From: Lama guanicoe
Taxonomy: Eukaryota
Length of the DNA: 64,000 nucleotides
Direction of reading: 5' to 3'
Assembly (NCBI GenBank): GCA_013239625.1
Contig: MU053810.1
Coordinates: 5,178,071-5,242,070 of the forward strand
This document shows positions 62,965 to 64,000 of the stretch, piece after piece (position 1 is the first letter of the stretch; the number at the start of each line of letters is the position of its first letter). The position numbers and the translations under genes were made by a program. The notes below the pieces were generated by a model. That model saw nothing but the letters and a program-made list of their open reading frames with translations, did not search any database and was not told the DNA's origin.

Positions 62965-63679
62965 GCTGGGCTTTTCCTTCACACAGTGAATGCACTTTTT
63001 ATATCCCCCTTGCTAGGTCACGCCTCAGTGATGCCTTAACTAGGCCAGAGGGACTTGGGGCATACAGATGGAGTCATCCGTTGGAGCAGGAGAAGGGATC
63101 TAGATGTCTGTTTCAGATGGTCAGGGAGGGGCTGAGCTCAGCTCCACTGCACCACGCAGAGCTGGCTGTTACCCTTTCTTCCGGGTATTTCTTTTCCTCC
63201 ATCACCAGACATTCAGAAATTCCTGATGAAAGAGAGTTCTGTCTTTTCTGGCCAGGTGCTGCTCTTCGAATATGATAGGATGTTAGAATTGACGGTTACC
63301 TCAGAGGACAGCTAGCTCTAAACTTTTCAATTTGTGGAACTTTTATGAGTAATTAGACCCAGAGGGTTTAAGCAATTTGCCTGGAGAGGCTATGACTCTT
63401 ATACCTAGTTAGTAGCAGTGCCTAGGCTGCTACGCATGTCTTGATTTTTCATCTTTGTCTCCTAGTGATAGTTACTATTTCTGCTAGCTTCAGTTGAGCA
63501 CCTACTATGTGTCAAGCACTACACATGCTTTTAGTCCCCACCACAATTCCCAAAATGGGTCACAATTATCCTCAGGGCCAGTGAATCAAAAACTACTCAT
63601 CCACATCAGGATTTTTACAAATTATTGTAAAAGAGAGCAGACAAATAGCAATTTACATGCGTAGCTCGCAACAACAAGA

Positions 63680-63932
63680 ACAATAATAACAGCTAACACA
63701 CGGCACTTGTGAGTGTCAGGTTCTGGCCTAAGGGCTTTATACATGTTAACTCATTGAGTCCTCCGGGCAACCCCATTAGGTGGTTACTATTATCCCTGAT
63801 TTACAGATTAGAAAACCAAAGCACAGAGAGGTGAAGTAATTTGCCTGAGGTCACAGAGCTGGTAACTGACAAAGATGAGATTTGATTCCGGGGCTGTCTG
63901 GCATCAGAGCCCATGCGTCTTAACAACCACAC
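63680..63932 (-). mobile_element. Near full-length MIR SINE (other MIR fragments near 3930-4090, 28870-29070, 30200-30350, 41660-41850, 43210-43430)
   Basis: Reverse MIR core tttacagattagaaaaccaaagcacagagaggtgaagtaatttgcctgaggtcacagagctggta...ggcatcagagcccatgcgtcttaac. Confidence 0.75.
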
Positions 63933-64000
63933 CCCCTCAAGGAATCATTATATGTTGATCATTATCAACTATAAATTACCAGTGACATCTGACTGACTCT

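Overview
Mammalian genomic DNA, probably camelid, judged from a Vic-1-like tRNA-derived SINE. The left third holds a head-to-head gene pair sharing one CpG-island promoter (~11.3-12.4 kb). ENKUR (enkurin, minus strand) has coding exons 1-4 at 11178-11254, 8382-8527, 6196-6419 and 2375-2521. They splice in frame to 198 codons, and the remaining exons lie off the left edge. THNSL1 (plus strand) has a single coding exon, 17590-19836 (748 aa), a shikimate-kinase-like domain fused to a threonine-synthase-like domain. The remaining ~43 kb has no recognisable protein-coding gene. It contains L1/L2/MIR/DNA-transposon/LTR remnants, microsatellites, several local duplications and candidate CTCF/RFX sites. 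I found no evidence of a wholly new multi-gene system. The most interesting observations are: (i) the THNSL1 kinase domain keeps its ATP-binding motifs but has lost shikimate-binding residues, while fused to an intact PLP enzyme; (ii) a promoter split into tandem RFX X-boxes on the ENKUR side and four NRF1-type motifs on the THNSL1 side; (iii) a tailless 5' half of tRNA-Lys(CTT) inserted with decayed target-site duplications; (iv) a solo ERV LTR carrying a palindromic X-box; (v) a diverged ~125-bp duplicated non-coding module; (vi) a 224-bp tandem duplication. Repeat family names and comparisons with human or bacterial proteins are from memory, not from a search.
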